Source: a virus. From it: a stretch of DNA of 64,000 nucleotides. Location: the IMG/VR virus record IMGVR_UViG_3300045988_183163, one strand, 5' to 3'. How positions within the stretch are numbered: the stretch's first letter is position 1; the number at the start of each line of letters is the position of its first letter. Positions 1 through 11,071 of this stretch are shown piece by piece. A program made the position numbers and the translations under genes. The notes beneath the pieces were generated by a model. The model saw nothing but the letters and a program-made list of their open reading frames with translations. It did not search any database and was not told where the DNA came from.

Positions 1-665
1 TCCGGGGTGACAGACGAATAATAGAGACCGTCAAGGAACGCATCACCAATATCGATACCGTCGTCATTGGCTGCACGACCGTCCAGCATCAAGGTCAGTG
101 AGCCGCCGTTATATCCAATCGGATAATAGTCACAGCCGTCATCCTTGCTGGCAGTGTGAATGGAAAAATCACTGATTTCCTTTTCTACGCCTTCGCCTGT
201 GGATTCTGCATTGATTTCACCAATGACTGTATCACCGTTTTCAAGTTCGTTCAATTTCAGATATCCCTTTACAGGCAAATCCCGTACATCCTGTAATGCA
301 ACGTCCGTGATATCCAGTGTCTTGCCGGTATCAACGCTGCGCAGCGAATAGAACTTGCTGCCGTCATCGTAAGACAAAGGACTCTGCCCCATCGGAATAC
401 CGTCCGGCCAGGTAGTGTCAGGATTGTCCAGCGTGCCGGGCGTGAAATCCGGGAGATTCGACAACAAAGACCAGGCATTGATGGGTTCCGGGGTCGGTTC
501 TGCTGTCGGTTCCGGTGTTGCTGTGACGGCAGCCTGTGCTGCTTCTGCGCTTGCTGCTGCGGCTGCCTGGTCTTTCCGTTCCTGAACCACAGCTGTGGCG
601 CAGCCGGAAAGTGTCACGGCGAGTGCCATGGCAGCTGCGGTGATATTGATAATCTTTTTACTCAT
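1..665 (-). CDS. Lipoprotein, N-terminal part; gene runs off the window start
   Basis: ATG at 665..663 on minus overlaps the stop of the next gene (ATGA). The N-terminus MSKKIINITAAAMALAVTLSGC is lipobox-like, followed by an Ala/Pro/Glu-rich linker. The frame stays open to position 1. Confidence 0.55.
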   Translation of the reverse strand, partial: MSKKIINITAAAMALAVTLSGCATAVVQERKDQAAAAASAEAAQAAVTATPEPTAEPTPEPINAWSLLSNLPDFTPGTLDNPDTTWPDGIPMGQSPLSYDDGSKFYSLRSVDTGKTLDITDVALQDVRDLPVKGYLKLNELENGDTVIGEINAESTGEGVEKEISDFSIHTASKDDGCDYYPIGYNGGSLTLMLDGRAANDDGIDIGDAFLDGLYYSSVTP

Positions 666-910
666 GCGCGTTTTACCTCCTTATGTTTGCGGTTTTGCCT
701 AATGCCGAGGAGTGAGAGACCCACCACGCCGATAAGCAAAGTGAGGAGTCCAAGTCCAAAAGCAAAGGCAATATATTGAATTACGTCGATGAGTTTAAAC
801 CATTTTGCGACTGCAGCGCCTAAAACAATCAACAGGCCAAAGCAGCCGGTCAGATAAATGAGCAAGCCAAACTGTGCAGTTCTGCTAAAAAAGGATTCAA
901 GTGTTTTCAT
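662..910 (-). CDS. small membrane protein
   Basis: 82-aa ORF with three hydrophobic helices; in the same strand block as neighbouring genes. Confidence 0.45.
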   Translation of the reverse strand: MKTLESFFSRTAQFGLLIYLTGCFGLLIVLGAAVAKWFKLIDVIQYIAFAFGLGLLTLLIGVVGLSLLGIRQNRKHKEVKRA

Positions 911-1018
911 GATAAACTCCTTTCATACTTTTTATGGTATACAATTCGCAAGAGCCTGCAACAGGAAAATAAAAAAAGCTGCCCAACCGAAGCTGGACAG
1001 CCTATTTATGATTATGTA

Positions 1019-1399
1019 TTATCGTCTGTTATCTCGTTCTTGTCTTCTGTGCTCACGTTCCTCGTATTCTTTTTTCTGATACTTGAGACGTTCATTCAGT
1101 AGGAAGGAGTTTTCATCGCGAGTCATTTGCAGTTTTACCTCGTACCAGCAGCCGTAAAGAAAGGCTGCCAGAATGCAGAAGCCAACGATTTTGACTAAGA
1201 GGTTGAAAAGAACGTTCACAATAACCGGGAAAATATAGCCGATGGCTTTGGCGATAAGCAGGATGAGCCCACCGAAGACAACGATTTTTGCGATTGTCTG
1301 AACAACGGGCGGGAAATCGCCCAGGACTTTGGAAATGGTATCGTTGATTTTGGTGATGATATTAGTGTTTTTGCCACCGTTGTTATTATTTTCTGCCAT
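1019..1399 (-). CDS. membrane protein
   Basis: Start moved to the internal ATG (MAENNNNGG) which has an AAAGGAGG RBS. Two hydrophobic helices and a charged C-terminus. Confidence 0.5.
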   Translation of the reverse strand: MAENNNNGGKNTNIITKINDTISKVLGDFPPVVQTIAKIVVFGGLILLIAKAIGYIFPVIVNVLFNLLVKIVGFCILAAFLYGCWYEVKLQMTRDENSFLLNERLKYQKKEYEEREHRRQERDNRR

Positions 1400-1533
1400 G
1401 TCGGTTCCTCCTTTTTGTGCCAATTATAGCATATATCTGTACAAAACGCTATATCCCACATGAGGAATCTCGATGTTTGAGCAATGGCTCAACAAAAAAA
1501 TGCCGCCACCCTTTCGGATGACGGCAAGTGATG

Positions 1534-3114
1534 TTATTTCTTCACGGGGATATTCTGGTCAAGAATAACATCGAAGTTGTAGTGCGGCATCTTAGATGCA
1601 TCACCACCAGCAGCTTCGAGGGTCATGTAGAAGTCCTCGTCATTCATAGCCTGCACGAGAGTATTCATCTCGTCGCAGGTATGTTTGAGCATAGGACCGC
1701 GCTTATTGCAGAACATCACAGCCGAAACAGGCTGAATGCCCTGTGCAACCATGCCATCCCAATGAGTCCGCAGCTCGGTTACAGACTTCAAAGTAGCAAC
1801 GCCGCTCATGAAGTCATAAATCTTGCAGTGGGACTCGTCGATATGTTCCAGAACGTCGATACGAGTCCGGTTTGCGTACAGAGGGAACTGGAGTTCAACT
1901 TCATTCCCGGTGTCTGCAACCAGCCGATTTGCAAAATCCTGCGCATATTTCTCAAGAGTGAGAGGCTCGCTTTCGAGAGGCTTCACGTTTTCGGCAATAG
2001 CGTCGAAAATTTTACGCCATCCCTTGTCGCTCAGGTCGATATCCGACTTGTTGGCGAGGGTATTCAAGAACCCACGCGGCAGACCGGAAATATCAACAGC
2101 AACAACGCCGGTGAAAGCGTTGAAGGCCGGGTGACGAGCCTTGTCCCAGATGGTATCAAACTGAGCGGTGGCGATAACACGCTCGCCGAGCTGGATATCC
2201 AAGCCCTGCGTAAGCATGTTGTTCTGGTAGAAATGCTTCAAGTCATAGCCACCAGTAACAACACCTTTGGTCGCATCCGTATCCAGCTGACCACACTCAA
2301 CCTTGACAGGAATCTCGTACCCATCATAGTCAACAGTGAAGTTCTTTTCCTTCTGCTTCTCCTTATACGGCTGGAAAATGGGCTTGACGAGCACATCGCA
2401 CGTCTTGCCATTCGCCATATGGAAATCAGGAATCAGGATACGGGCGGGAGCAACGCCGGTAGCGTCAGGTGCCAAGTAATTGCGGTACTTGACACCAAAG
2501 TGCTCAGCCAGGCAGGTACGCAGCACGTTCAGGCTGGTGACCCGGCTCTCAGCGCAGCTGCCGTTCTTGGTCAGCATGGTGCTGGCGGTAGCCTTGTCCA
2601 TCTCCACATAGATGATGGTAGAAGGAGCGCCAAGAGCCTTAAACTGCTCACGCATAACGACATCTGCCATAGGAATCTCTTCCTGCTCGGACATCGTCAT
2701 GGTCGTGGCGAACGGGCCGTCAACGCGGTGATAGCTGTCCTCTCCAGGCTGCTTGGAAGCGATGAACCAGGGATACTTGTTGCGGGTGGCAACCAAAATG
2801 AAATTATTCAGGCCAACGCCATGGATGCACAGCGGGCCCTCATTGCTGTGGCCGTTGCCAAACTGTAGGTTTTCCGGCAGCTTTTCCTTAGACATACCAT
2901 TGCCCCAGTCGGCAATAACCACACCGATTAGGTTTTTGGCATGGCCTTTCACAATCGCGACCAAGATGTTAATGGCATCTTTGCAATTAGAGATGGCATT
3001 ATCAACCGGTTCACAAGCGGCATCGCTCATGGGTAACTTCTGGCGCGAAATAGCGTCAAAGTAATGGTTGGTGATGCCGACGTTGAAAGTGACGTTGTTA
3101 TTCTTCTTAGCCAT
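1534..3114 (-). CDS. GHKL-superfamily ATPase (Bergerat fold, HATPase_c_3-like)
   Basis: N-box-like EPVDNAISNCKDA, G1 box IADWGNGM, G2-like IHGVGLNNF; 526 aa. The antisense 446-aa ORF 1528..2868 is rejected. Confidence 0.5.
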   Translation of the reverse strand: MAKKNNNVTFNVGITNHYFDAISRQKLPMSDAACEPVDNAISNCKDAINILVAIVKGHAKNLIGVVIADWGNGMSKEKLPENLQFGNGHSNEGPLCIHGVGLNNFILVATRNKYPWFIASKQPGEDSYHRVDGPFATTMTMSEQEEIPMADVVMREQFKALGAPSTIIYVEMDKATASTMLTKNGSCAESRVTSLNVLRTCLAEHFGVKYRNYLAPDATGVAPARILIPDFHMANGKTCDVLVKPIFQPYKEKQKEKNFTVDYDGYEIPVKVECGQLDTDATKGVVTGGYDLKHFYQNNMLTQGLDIQLGERVIATAQFDTIWDKARHPAFNAFTGVVAVDISGLPRGFLNTLANKSDIDLSDKGWRKIFDAIAENVKPLESEPLTLEKYAQDFANRLVADTGNEVELQFPLYANRTRIDVLEHIDESHCKIYDFMSGVATLKSVTELRTHWDGMVAQGIQPVSAVMFCNKRGPMLKHTCDEMNTLVQAMNDEDFYMTLEAAGGDASKMPHYNFDVILDQNIPVKK

Positions 3115-3198
3115 AATATAACCCCGTAACGTGGGGCTGCCGTGCTGCTCTCGAATTTATCTCCACAGCAATGTGAGCCCCATATATCGGGGATGTTA

Positions 3199-3438
3199 TT
3201 ATTCTTTTTTGTTGTTTGTTTTGCAGGAGCCGCTGGCGATATCAGAAATCGCTTCTTTGACAGCTCCGAAAACGTCAGCTGATTTCAGAAAGTCTTCGGC
3301 CAATCCTTTGATGTGGCTGTAATTTTTGAAGACTTTCTTGACAAGAAATGCGCCAGCGATTGATACTACTGCCAAAAGCAGCAGAAATTTCGCGGCATCG
3401 GTCAGTTTCACTTGCTCCAGCAGGAGCGCGAGTATCAC
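3199..3438 (-). CDS. small membrane protein
   Basis: 79-aa ORF with two hydrophobic segments. Confidence 0.35.
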   Translation of the reverse strand: MILALLLEQVKLTDAAKFLLLLAVVSIAGAFLVKKVFKNYSHIKGLAEDFLKSADVFGAVKEAISDIASGSCKTNNKKE

Positions 3439-3805
3439 ACCATCTTTGCTCAGCTAGGTCTTAATTAGACCGTGAACGAATGAACCATAGTCAGCTGTAT
3501 ATTGTTTGGCTTTGGCTTCGTGGCTGCTGATGATGGCGTCTACTCGCTAAATTATGTTTCGAATCATGGTAAAGTCCTCCTTGAAGGTTTGTAATTGTTA
3601 TACGGTATATATAAATACGCTCTTAACGCGGCGTTCGCGTGCAGGAACATTTATATAAACACATTGACGCTGTGTACGCGTGCTATGTTGATTAGCATAG
3701 CAATTCTATATAATCAGCCTTTCCTTCGGCTGTCAGAAGTCCACATTCCGTGGGATGAATCTATATTAAACGCAGAAAATCTGCGGGAATCCTCAAAAAG
3801 AAAAA

Positions 3806-3834
3806 GGACAGAAACCCAATATGGGCATCTGTCC
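3806..3834. terminator. bidirectional intrinsic terminator hairpin
   Basis: GGACAGAAACCCAATATGGGCATCTGTCC. On the minus strand it is followed by TTTTTCTTTTTG; on the plus strand by TTCTTCC. Confidence 0.5.
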
Positions 3835-4224
3835 TTCTTCCAGGAGGTATATGAACTATGGCAAATCAATGATATCTCTGTTACATTATCTATTTTATGG
3901 GTGTCGCACACGCCGTCAAGAAGCTGTATAAACTTTTTTGAAAAAAGTTTGCACGCGTGTTAGTGGCTTTTTAGAATGTTACAACATCGTGCAAAGTCGT
4001 GCAACATTGTGTTTAGTTCTCCGATACAGAGCAAACAAAAGATACTGTACCACTCCAATCACCTGGAGTCAGATTTGCTTTCACCGTATAGTTTGAGGTG
4101 ATACTAGCCAAGGCATCGTCACGTTTTCACGTTGTTTTGGGTGTTTCCACTATTATCGGGAAATCGCAAAAAATGTCAAAAAGAAAAAGCCGTCCACCAA
4201 ACGGTGAACGGCTTTCGTGACAAT

Positions 4225-4827
4225 TTATACTGCGGCGAGAACTTCTTTCAAAGTCATTTTGTCAATGCCTGCAAATTCTACAGCGGCAGTAGCCCAAAAG
4301 AAATCGCTGGCGCGGCATTCGTCGTATATCGGGTCAAATTCGTTACATTCGGTTTTGATGTCGAAAAATTCTTCACGGGAGAATCGTTCACACGGAATCC
4401 CTGCATTCCTCTGTACGAAATCTTTAATTCCATCGGTCATAATGGAGCAGCCAATCTCAAGGGTGTCGTCCGAGAGACTATCCCCATATGTGTTATATGA
4501 TAGACCATAGTGAGATACATAGGTTGCGCGGCTTGCACCAGTATATTCGCTCTCGAGAAATTCACTAACAGTCTGCTCCAAAGATACCTTTCCATCTTCG
4601 TACAATTCACCAGAATAATCATACGGGCAATCATTGCTGCGCCATTCATAATGAGTGGGAATGGGGTTCAGCATTGCTGCCAAACTCTCCAAAAGCTGCT
4701 CTCTAATTACATCCTTCTGAGCAAGAAAAAGCGAATTCACATATTCTGCGATTTCATCTTCATTCTGCTTGATATAGTCGATACATTGCTGCATGCTTTC
4801 GGTAACAGGAGCTTCATGTGATTTCAT
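4225..4827 (-). CDS. hypothetical protein
   Basis: 200-aa ORF; a promoter copy lies at 4845..4871 just upstream on minus. Confidence 0.55.
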   Translation of the reverse strand: MKSHEAPVTESMQQCIDYIKQNEDEIAEYVNSLFLAQKDVIREQLLESLAAMLNPIPTHYEWRSNDCPYDYSGELYEDGKVSLEQTVSEFLESEYTGASRATYVSHYGLSYNTYGDSLSDDTLEIGCSIMTDGIKDFVQRNAGIPCERFSREEFFDIKTECNEFDPIYDECRASDFFWATAAVEFAGIDKMTLKEVLAAV

Positions 4828-4844
4828 TATTGATGCCTTCTTTC

Positions 4845-4871
4845 TATTATTTTAGTGTACGCGATTCGCAC
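4845..4871 (-). promoter_or_regulatory. conserved promoter family copy (TTGCTA-N16-TACACT with GTGCGAATCGCG in the spacer)
   Basis: Read on the minus strand: TTGCTAatatGTGCGAATCGCGTACACT. Confidence 0.5.
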
Positions 4872-4917
4872 ATATTAGCAAAAGCCGCTCACCCTGTGAA
4901 GGGCAAGCGGCAAGAGG

Positions 4918-7244
<2,327 letters not shown>

Positions 7245-7334
7245 TTACCTCACATATGTATTGTTTTGTTTTTTTGTGAACCTCCCCACCTAAGCCTTAC
7301 GGCTATAGACGGGGCGTGCGCTCTTCATGGTTCA

Positions 7335-8144
7335 TCAAAGGGTAATGGTTTGAGATTCCGTTGTGGCCTGGCTGACATCTTCAATACCATCCACGAAAAC
7401 TGTTGTTCTGATAAGGATACGGAAAGGGATGCCCTTTTGCCAGGTGGTGTTTGCACGGAGTTCATCCACCAGGCCAATCAGTGCCTGCATCTTGAGCATT
7501 TCGATGGTATAGCGAGTCGGAATCATGGTTCGGGTCGTCTCGAGATAAAAATGCCGATTTTTCTCATTGTATCCGAGAGAATCGTTCGTAACATCCATTT
7601 TTGCAACAACGGTGTAGTCGCTCTGCGGGACATCGTTGAACGGCGTGAGAGAATCATTGAGAATCTGCATGCGAGCGTCGAACTCTTTGATGATGCGAGC
7701 CTTCTCTTTCTCATAAATCTCGTTTGCCTGTCGAACCTGCTCCCGATAGCACTTCACGCACTCTTCTTTCGTGTAGAAGATGTTGACGGAAGTGCCGGAG
7801 CAGCAGCGATACCCGGTGTTGTCCAATGGGGCAATGACGGTTGAAGAAATCTTACCCCGATTTACCGGCCGAAAATAGACCGGAGAATAATAGATGGTTT
7901 TGCTCGTTTCTTTTGCGTCCGTTACAACAACCGGGGTAGGTTTGATGTTACGAATCGGCTTTTTGGTCGGGTCCGCATTTGCGCGATAATCGCAAATCCA
8001 GACCATTTTGCCGAGGACGCTTTCAAGGTTCTCAACATAATCGTACATGCCGAGGTCATTGGTCTGGCGCGTAGGATTCTTTTCTCCAGAGCCCTTAATC
8101 ATCAGCTTGACGGCATTTTTAGCGAGGTATTCATTCAGCTTCAT
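7335..8144 (-). CDS. hypothetical protein
   Basis: Start moved to the internal ATG (MKLNEYLAK) with RBS AAAGAAAGGAAAATACC; the long N-terminal extension of the ORF track has no RBS. Confidence 0.5.
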   Translation of the reverse strand: MKLNEYLAKNAVKLMIKGSGEKNPTRQTNDLGMYDYVENLESVLGKMVWICDYRANADPTKKPIRNIKPTPVVVTDAKETSKTIYYSPVYFRPVNRGKISSTVIAPLDNTGYRCCSGTSVNIFYTKEECVKCYREQVRQANEIYEKEKARIIKEFDARMQILNDSLTPFNDVPQSDYTVVAKMDVTNDSLGYNEKNRHFYLETTRTMIPTRYTIEMLKMQALIGLVDELRANTTWQKGIPFRILIRTTVFVDGIEDVSQATTESQTITL

Positions 8145-8160
8145 GGTATTTTCCTTTCTT

Positions 8161-8565
8161 TCAACGAGCGTTTGTGAATACGGCAACAACCAGCTCCTCG
8201 TAGTCTTCGATGGCACAGTAGATGTCAGCGAAACCATAGGCGTGGCCACGGTCGTAGGCTTTTTGCCAGAGGATGGTTGCAGCCTTTTTGGAAATGCTGC
8301 GTTTCGTTTCGGCTTTGATGTCTTCCTGAATTTGAAGTTCGATAGCTTCCGAGATGTGTTCGATTTCTGCATTCTGCGCCTTCTTCAGCCGAGAGCATTC
8401 CGCATCCCAGGCTTTCTGTCGGCGAACGACCTCTTCCCTGTTCCAGCGCACCGATTTCTCTTCGTCGATGATTTCACCGTCTTTCGGGCGTTTAGAGTTG
8501 GGCCTTGTTGGTCTTTTCCAAGCAGTTTCGAGTCGGTTGCCAAGATTTGTCCATACGTTATCCAT
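8161..8565 (-). CDS. hypothetical protein
   Basis: Start at MDNVWTNLG with RBS AAGGAG; charged, helical. Confidence 0.5.
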   Translation of the reverse strand: MDNVWTNLGNRLETAWKRPTRPNSKRPKDGEIIDEEKSVRWNREEVVRRQKAWDAECSRLKKAQNAEIEHISEAIELQIQEDIKAETKRSISKKAATILWQKAYDRGHAYGFADIYCAIEDYEELVVAVFTNAR

Positions 8566-8583
8566 AGTTAAACTCCTTTTTTG

Positions 8584-8632
8584 TACGCAAAAAGGCGAAC
8601 CTCCCGGTGTGTGAAGTCCGCCTAAAAGCGAA
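8584..8632 (-). terminator. intrinsic terminator inside a promoter-proximal leader
   Basis: Minus-strand RNA forms the hairpin GGCGGACUUCACACACCGGGAGGUUCGCC followed by UUUUUGCG. It lies between promoter 8691..8718 and gene 8161..8565. Confidence 0.55.
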
Positions 8633-8635
8633 GTG

Positions 8636-8698
8636 TGAATTGTACGAGCACACAGTGTGCTTAGTAGATGGTATCTATCGTACAAGCTAAATTATACG
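8636..8698 (-). promoter_or_regulatory. conserved about 63-nt leader element (TTGTACGAtAGATAccATCTACT..GCACA....GTGCTCGTACAATTC), copy A
   Basis: It starts about 6 nt after the -10 box. It contains the inverted repeats TTGTACGA/TCGTACAA and two inner hairpins. A near-identical copy lies at 19182..19251. Confidence 0.5.
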
Positions 8699-8718
8699 GG
8701 TCTCGCACGAAAGCGCAA
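8691..8718 (-). promoter_or_regulatory. conserved promoter family copy (TTGCGC-N16-TATAAT)
   Basis: Minus strand reads TTGCGCtttcGTGCGAGacccgTATAAT. Confidence 0.5.
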
Positions 8719-8724
8719 GATTAT

Positions 8725-9579
8725 TCATCCATTGCTACAGTCACCAAACAGCAAATTATATGCTTTTTCGATTTCAGAATCAGACATGGCCTTCCCTTTT
8801 TCTTCAATGCTGTGCAGAATTAGAGTCTTGTCGCTCACATCCAGTTTGTTGCGATTTTCGTCCTGCGCAAGATACTCTTTGATTTCGGACCACTGCGCAT
8901 CACGCTGGTTCAGAGCGTCAACGTTCTGGACACAGAACGGGTACTCACTTTGCGGCATAGCACCGGAAAGGTATTTGGTATCGTCGCAATACATCTTGAT
9001 AAGCCGGACAATATAGTTCCGCTCTGCTTTGGTTCTCGCAGTCAGAATGTTGCTTGCGCTCTGGTACTTGTAGTTATCCCCAACAGCTTCCAACGACTCT
9101 GCAATCTGTCGAAAACTCAGCATTTCGTTTGTGGCCTTGTCATGCTGCGACACGGTGGAAGCATAGTATCCTTGTTCCGTTTCGTTTGCTTCTACCACGG
9201 CAGCGAGATTCGAGTCAATATGGATGAGCCGTTCACTGTTATCCCCTTGCGCACGAATTGTGTTGTTCACTTTCGCAATCCAACTGTCAGTTTCCGTAGC
9301 ATCATCGCCCGCATAGAGGTAGGTTACAATATCCGGGTTAGTAGGGTTCGGAAGTTCCGCACAAGCCAAGGTCAGATTTCGCCCGTATTCTTTTGCCTGA
9401 AGGTACATGTTCGGATAATCGTCTTGTATTGTCTGAGCGATTGCCTCAACCTCGGCCTCGTCTTTTTCAATGACAAGGCCGACAGTGGCTACCTGCTCTT
9501 CAATGTTGAGCTGCTTCAAAATATCCTCAAGGTCGAATACAATAGCTTCTTTGTTGTTTGTATAGAATCGGATTTTCAT
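8725..9579 (-). CDS. hypothetical protein
   Basis: Start at MKIRFYTNN with RBS AGGAGGAAAATCT. Confidence 0.5.
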   Translation of the reverse strand: MKIRFYTNNKEAIVFDLEDILKQLNIEEQVATVGLVIEKDEAEVEAIAQTIQDDYPNMYLQAKEYGRNLTLACAELPNPTNPDIVTYLYAGDDATETDSWIAKVNNTIRAQGDNSERLIHIDSNLAAVVEANETEQGYYASTVSQHDKATNEMLSFRQIAESLEAVGDNYKYQSASNILTARTKAERNYIVRLIKMYCDDTKYLSGAMPQSEYPFCVQNVDALNQRDAQWSEIKEYLAQDENRNKLDVSDKTLILHSIEEKGKAMSDSEIEKAYNLLFGDCSNG

Positions 9580-9662
9580 AGATTTTCCTCCTGGCAACAA
9601 TAAAAAAGGCAGGCCCTCGGTTGGAAGGTCTGCCAAAAAACAGTTTGAGAATTGCAAAAAGG

Positions 9663-9863
9663 TCATTGTGCGGCTTTGACAGCTGCGTTTATCATTGTGT
9701 AGGCAATATCCAGGAGCCGAAACGCAAGAACTCCAAAAGATAATGCTACCAGCAAAAAGCAAAACACAAATTTTTGTTTGTTCTCACCCTGGAAATAGTA
9801 CATTCCAAAGCAGGACGCGATGAGAACGCAGAGAAACACAACGACCCAAATAATATCAGCCAT
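9663..9863 (-). CDS. small membrane protein
   Basis: 66 aa, two TM helices. Its ATG overlaps the stop of the upstream gene (ATGGCTGA), suggesting translational coupling. Confidence 0.4.
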   Translation of the reverse strand: MADIIWVVVFLCVLIASCFGMYYFQGENKQKFVFCFLLVALSFGVLAFRLLDIAYTMINAAVKAAQ

Positions 9864-10473
9864 TGTCCTGATTTTGATTTTGCTGAGTCGGCTGGGTCTT
9901 GACTTCAGCAGGAGCATTCGGAGTTTGATACTGAACATTCTGGCTCGGCTCTTTGGGAGTTTCGGGAGCCTGGTACTGAACAGTACTGGGGTTGTTCTGC
10001 TGTTCGGCTTTCTTTTCCTCATATTTGGTCTTGAGCTGAGAATAGGAATAGCCATCCTGCGGGATACCGTGATACTCATAATGGCCGAAAGCAAGAATCA
10101 TGTTGAACACCGGATTCAGAAGGCAAAGACCAATCGTGAAACCAATACCTTCACCGAACGCAACAGCTTTCTTGTAGTTGGTGATAGCACCGATGATGAG
10201 AGCAACGACCAGGAACAGATTGCCGAACAGCGGGATACCGGACAAAAGGCTCAGCACGACCGGAATCAGAAACAACCAGCCGTTCCCCCAGTAAATGTTG
10301 AATTCGATGTAGTTGCTGTAGAACGGGACGATGGATGCCCAGCCAGGCTGCCCGGCCTTCTCAAAAATTTTCCAATTGGCGACGATTTTGAGCACAAAAT
10401 ACGCTACCACCAGAAGAATCACCGTATAGAGCATACCGCCCAAAAGATTCAATGCGCTGTAAGAATTATACAT
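9856..10473 (-). CDS. membrane protein with four TM helices and a Gln/Pro-rich C-terminal tail
   Basis: 205 aa with four hydrophobic helices and a low-complexity QYQAPETPKEPSQNVQYQTPN tail. Confidence 0.5.
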   Translation of the reverse strand: MYNSYSALNLLGGMLYTVILLVVAYFVLKIVANWKIFEKAGQPGWASIVPFYSNYIEFNIYWGNGWLFLIPVVLSLLSGIPLFGNLFLVVALIIGAITNYKKAVAFGEGIGFTIGLCLLNPVFNMILAFGHYEYHGIPQDGYSYSQLKTKYEEKKAEQQNNPSTVQYQAPETPKEPSQNVQYQTPNAPAEVKTQPTQQNQNQDNG

Positions 10474-10507
10474 TTTATATCCTCCTCTTTCGGCATATGA
10501 AGCCGGA

Positions 10508-10837
10508 TTATTCCTTCACTAAGTTCTTTGCCTGTCGCTGCCGCTCTGCAAGTTCTTTGCCGCGTCTGACCAGTTCCGCATATTGCTCTTCGGTCAGCTT
10601 GCGAGGCGGCTTGATTTTGACCCATTTCTTGGGCATATCTGCCTCCATACACCAGTCCTCATCCCGCGTGATTTTAACAGCATCAGGGTACTCTTTGGCA
10701 AGCTCTTTTAGCTGTTCCATACGAGCTTTGTTGCAGGTGTAGTAGGATGCTTTCTTCTCCGCATCGTTGAACGTGATGATGGTTTCGCGTTCCCAGGGTC
10801 TATCAGATGCCTGCGTGGCCACTTTTTTATCGGGCAT
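10508..10837 (-). CDS. hypothetical protein
   Basis: 109-aa charged ORF. Confidence 0.45.
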   Translation of the reverse strand: MPDKKVATQASDRPWERETIITFNDAEKKASYYTCNKARMEQLKELAKEYPDAVKITRDEDWCMEADMPKKWVKIKPPRKLTEEQYAELVRRGKELAERQRQAKNLVKE

Positions 10838-10851
10838 GATTTTTTCTCACC

Positions 10852-11067
10852 TCAATCGAATAAAATTGCCGACATAGCAGGGCCTTCGAAGATATACCCG
10901 CTCGCCTCGGCCCATTTCGGCGTCATGAGCTTGCCATTTGCTTTCACAAGCACCATCTTCCGAGCAGAGGTATTCAGGAATTCCGCCGGAGCCCAGTTAT
11001 TTCGCACAACGACGATAGCGTTGTCGTCCGCGTTCTCAAGCATATGCTTCAGCTCTTTTACCGTCAC
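10852..11067 (-). CDS. hypothetical protein
   Basis: 71-aa ORF. Confidence 0.4.
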   Translation of the reverse strand: MTVKELKHMLENADDNAIVVVRNNWAPAEFLNTSARKMVLVKANGKLMTPKWAEASGYIFEGPAMSAILFD

Positions 11068-11071
11068 CGTG

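Noticed and set aside
1528-2868. 446-aa plus-strand ORF
   Set aside because: Antisense to the GHKL ATPase gene, which carries conserved ATP-binding motifs. No RBS and no motifs on the plus strand.
7273-7310. CCCCACCTAAGCCTTACGGCTATAGACGGGG as an intrinsic terminator
   Set aside because: It forms a GNRA-tetraloop hairpin, but it is followed by an A-rich tract on the minus strand and preceded by a T-run on the plus strand. It does not fit a canonical terminator on either strand, so it is reported only as a member of the GGCTATAGACGGGG repeat family.
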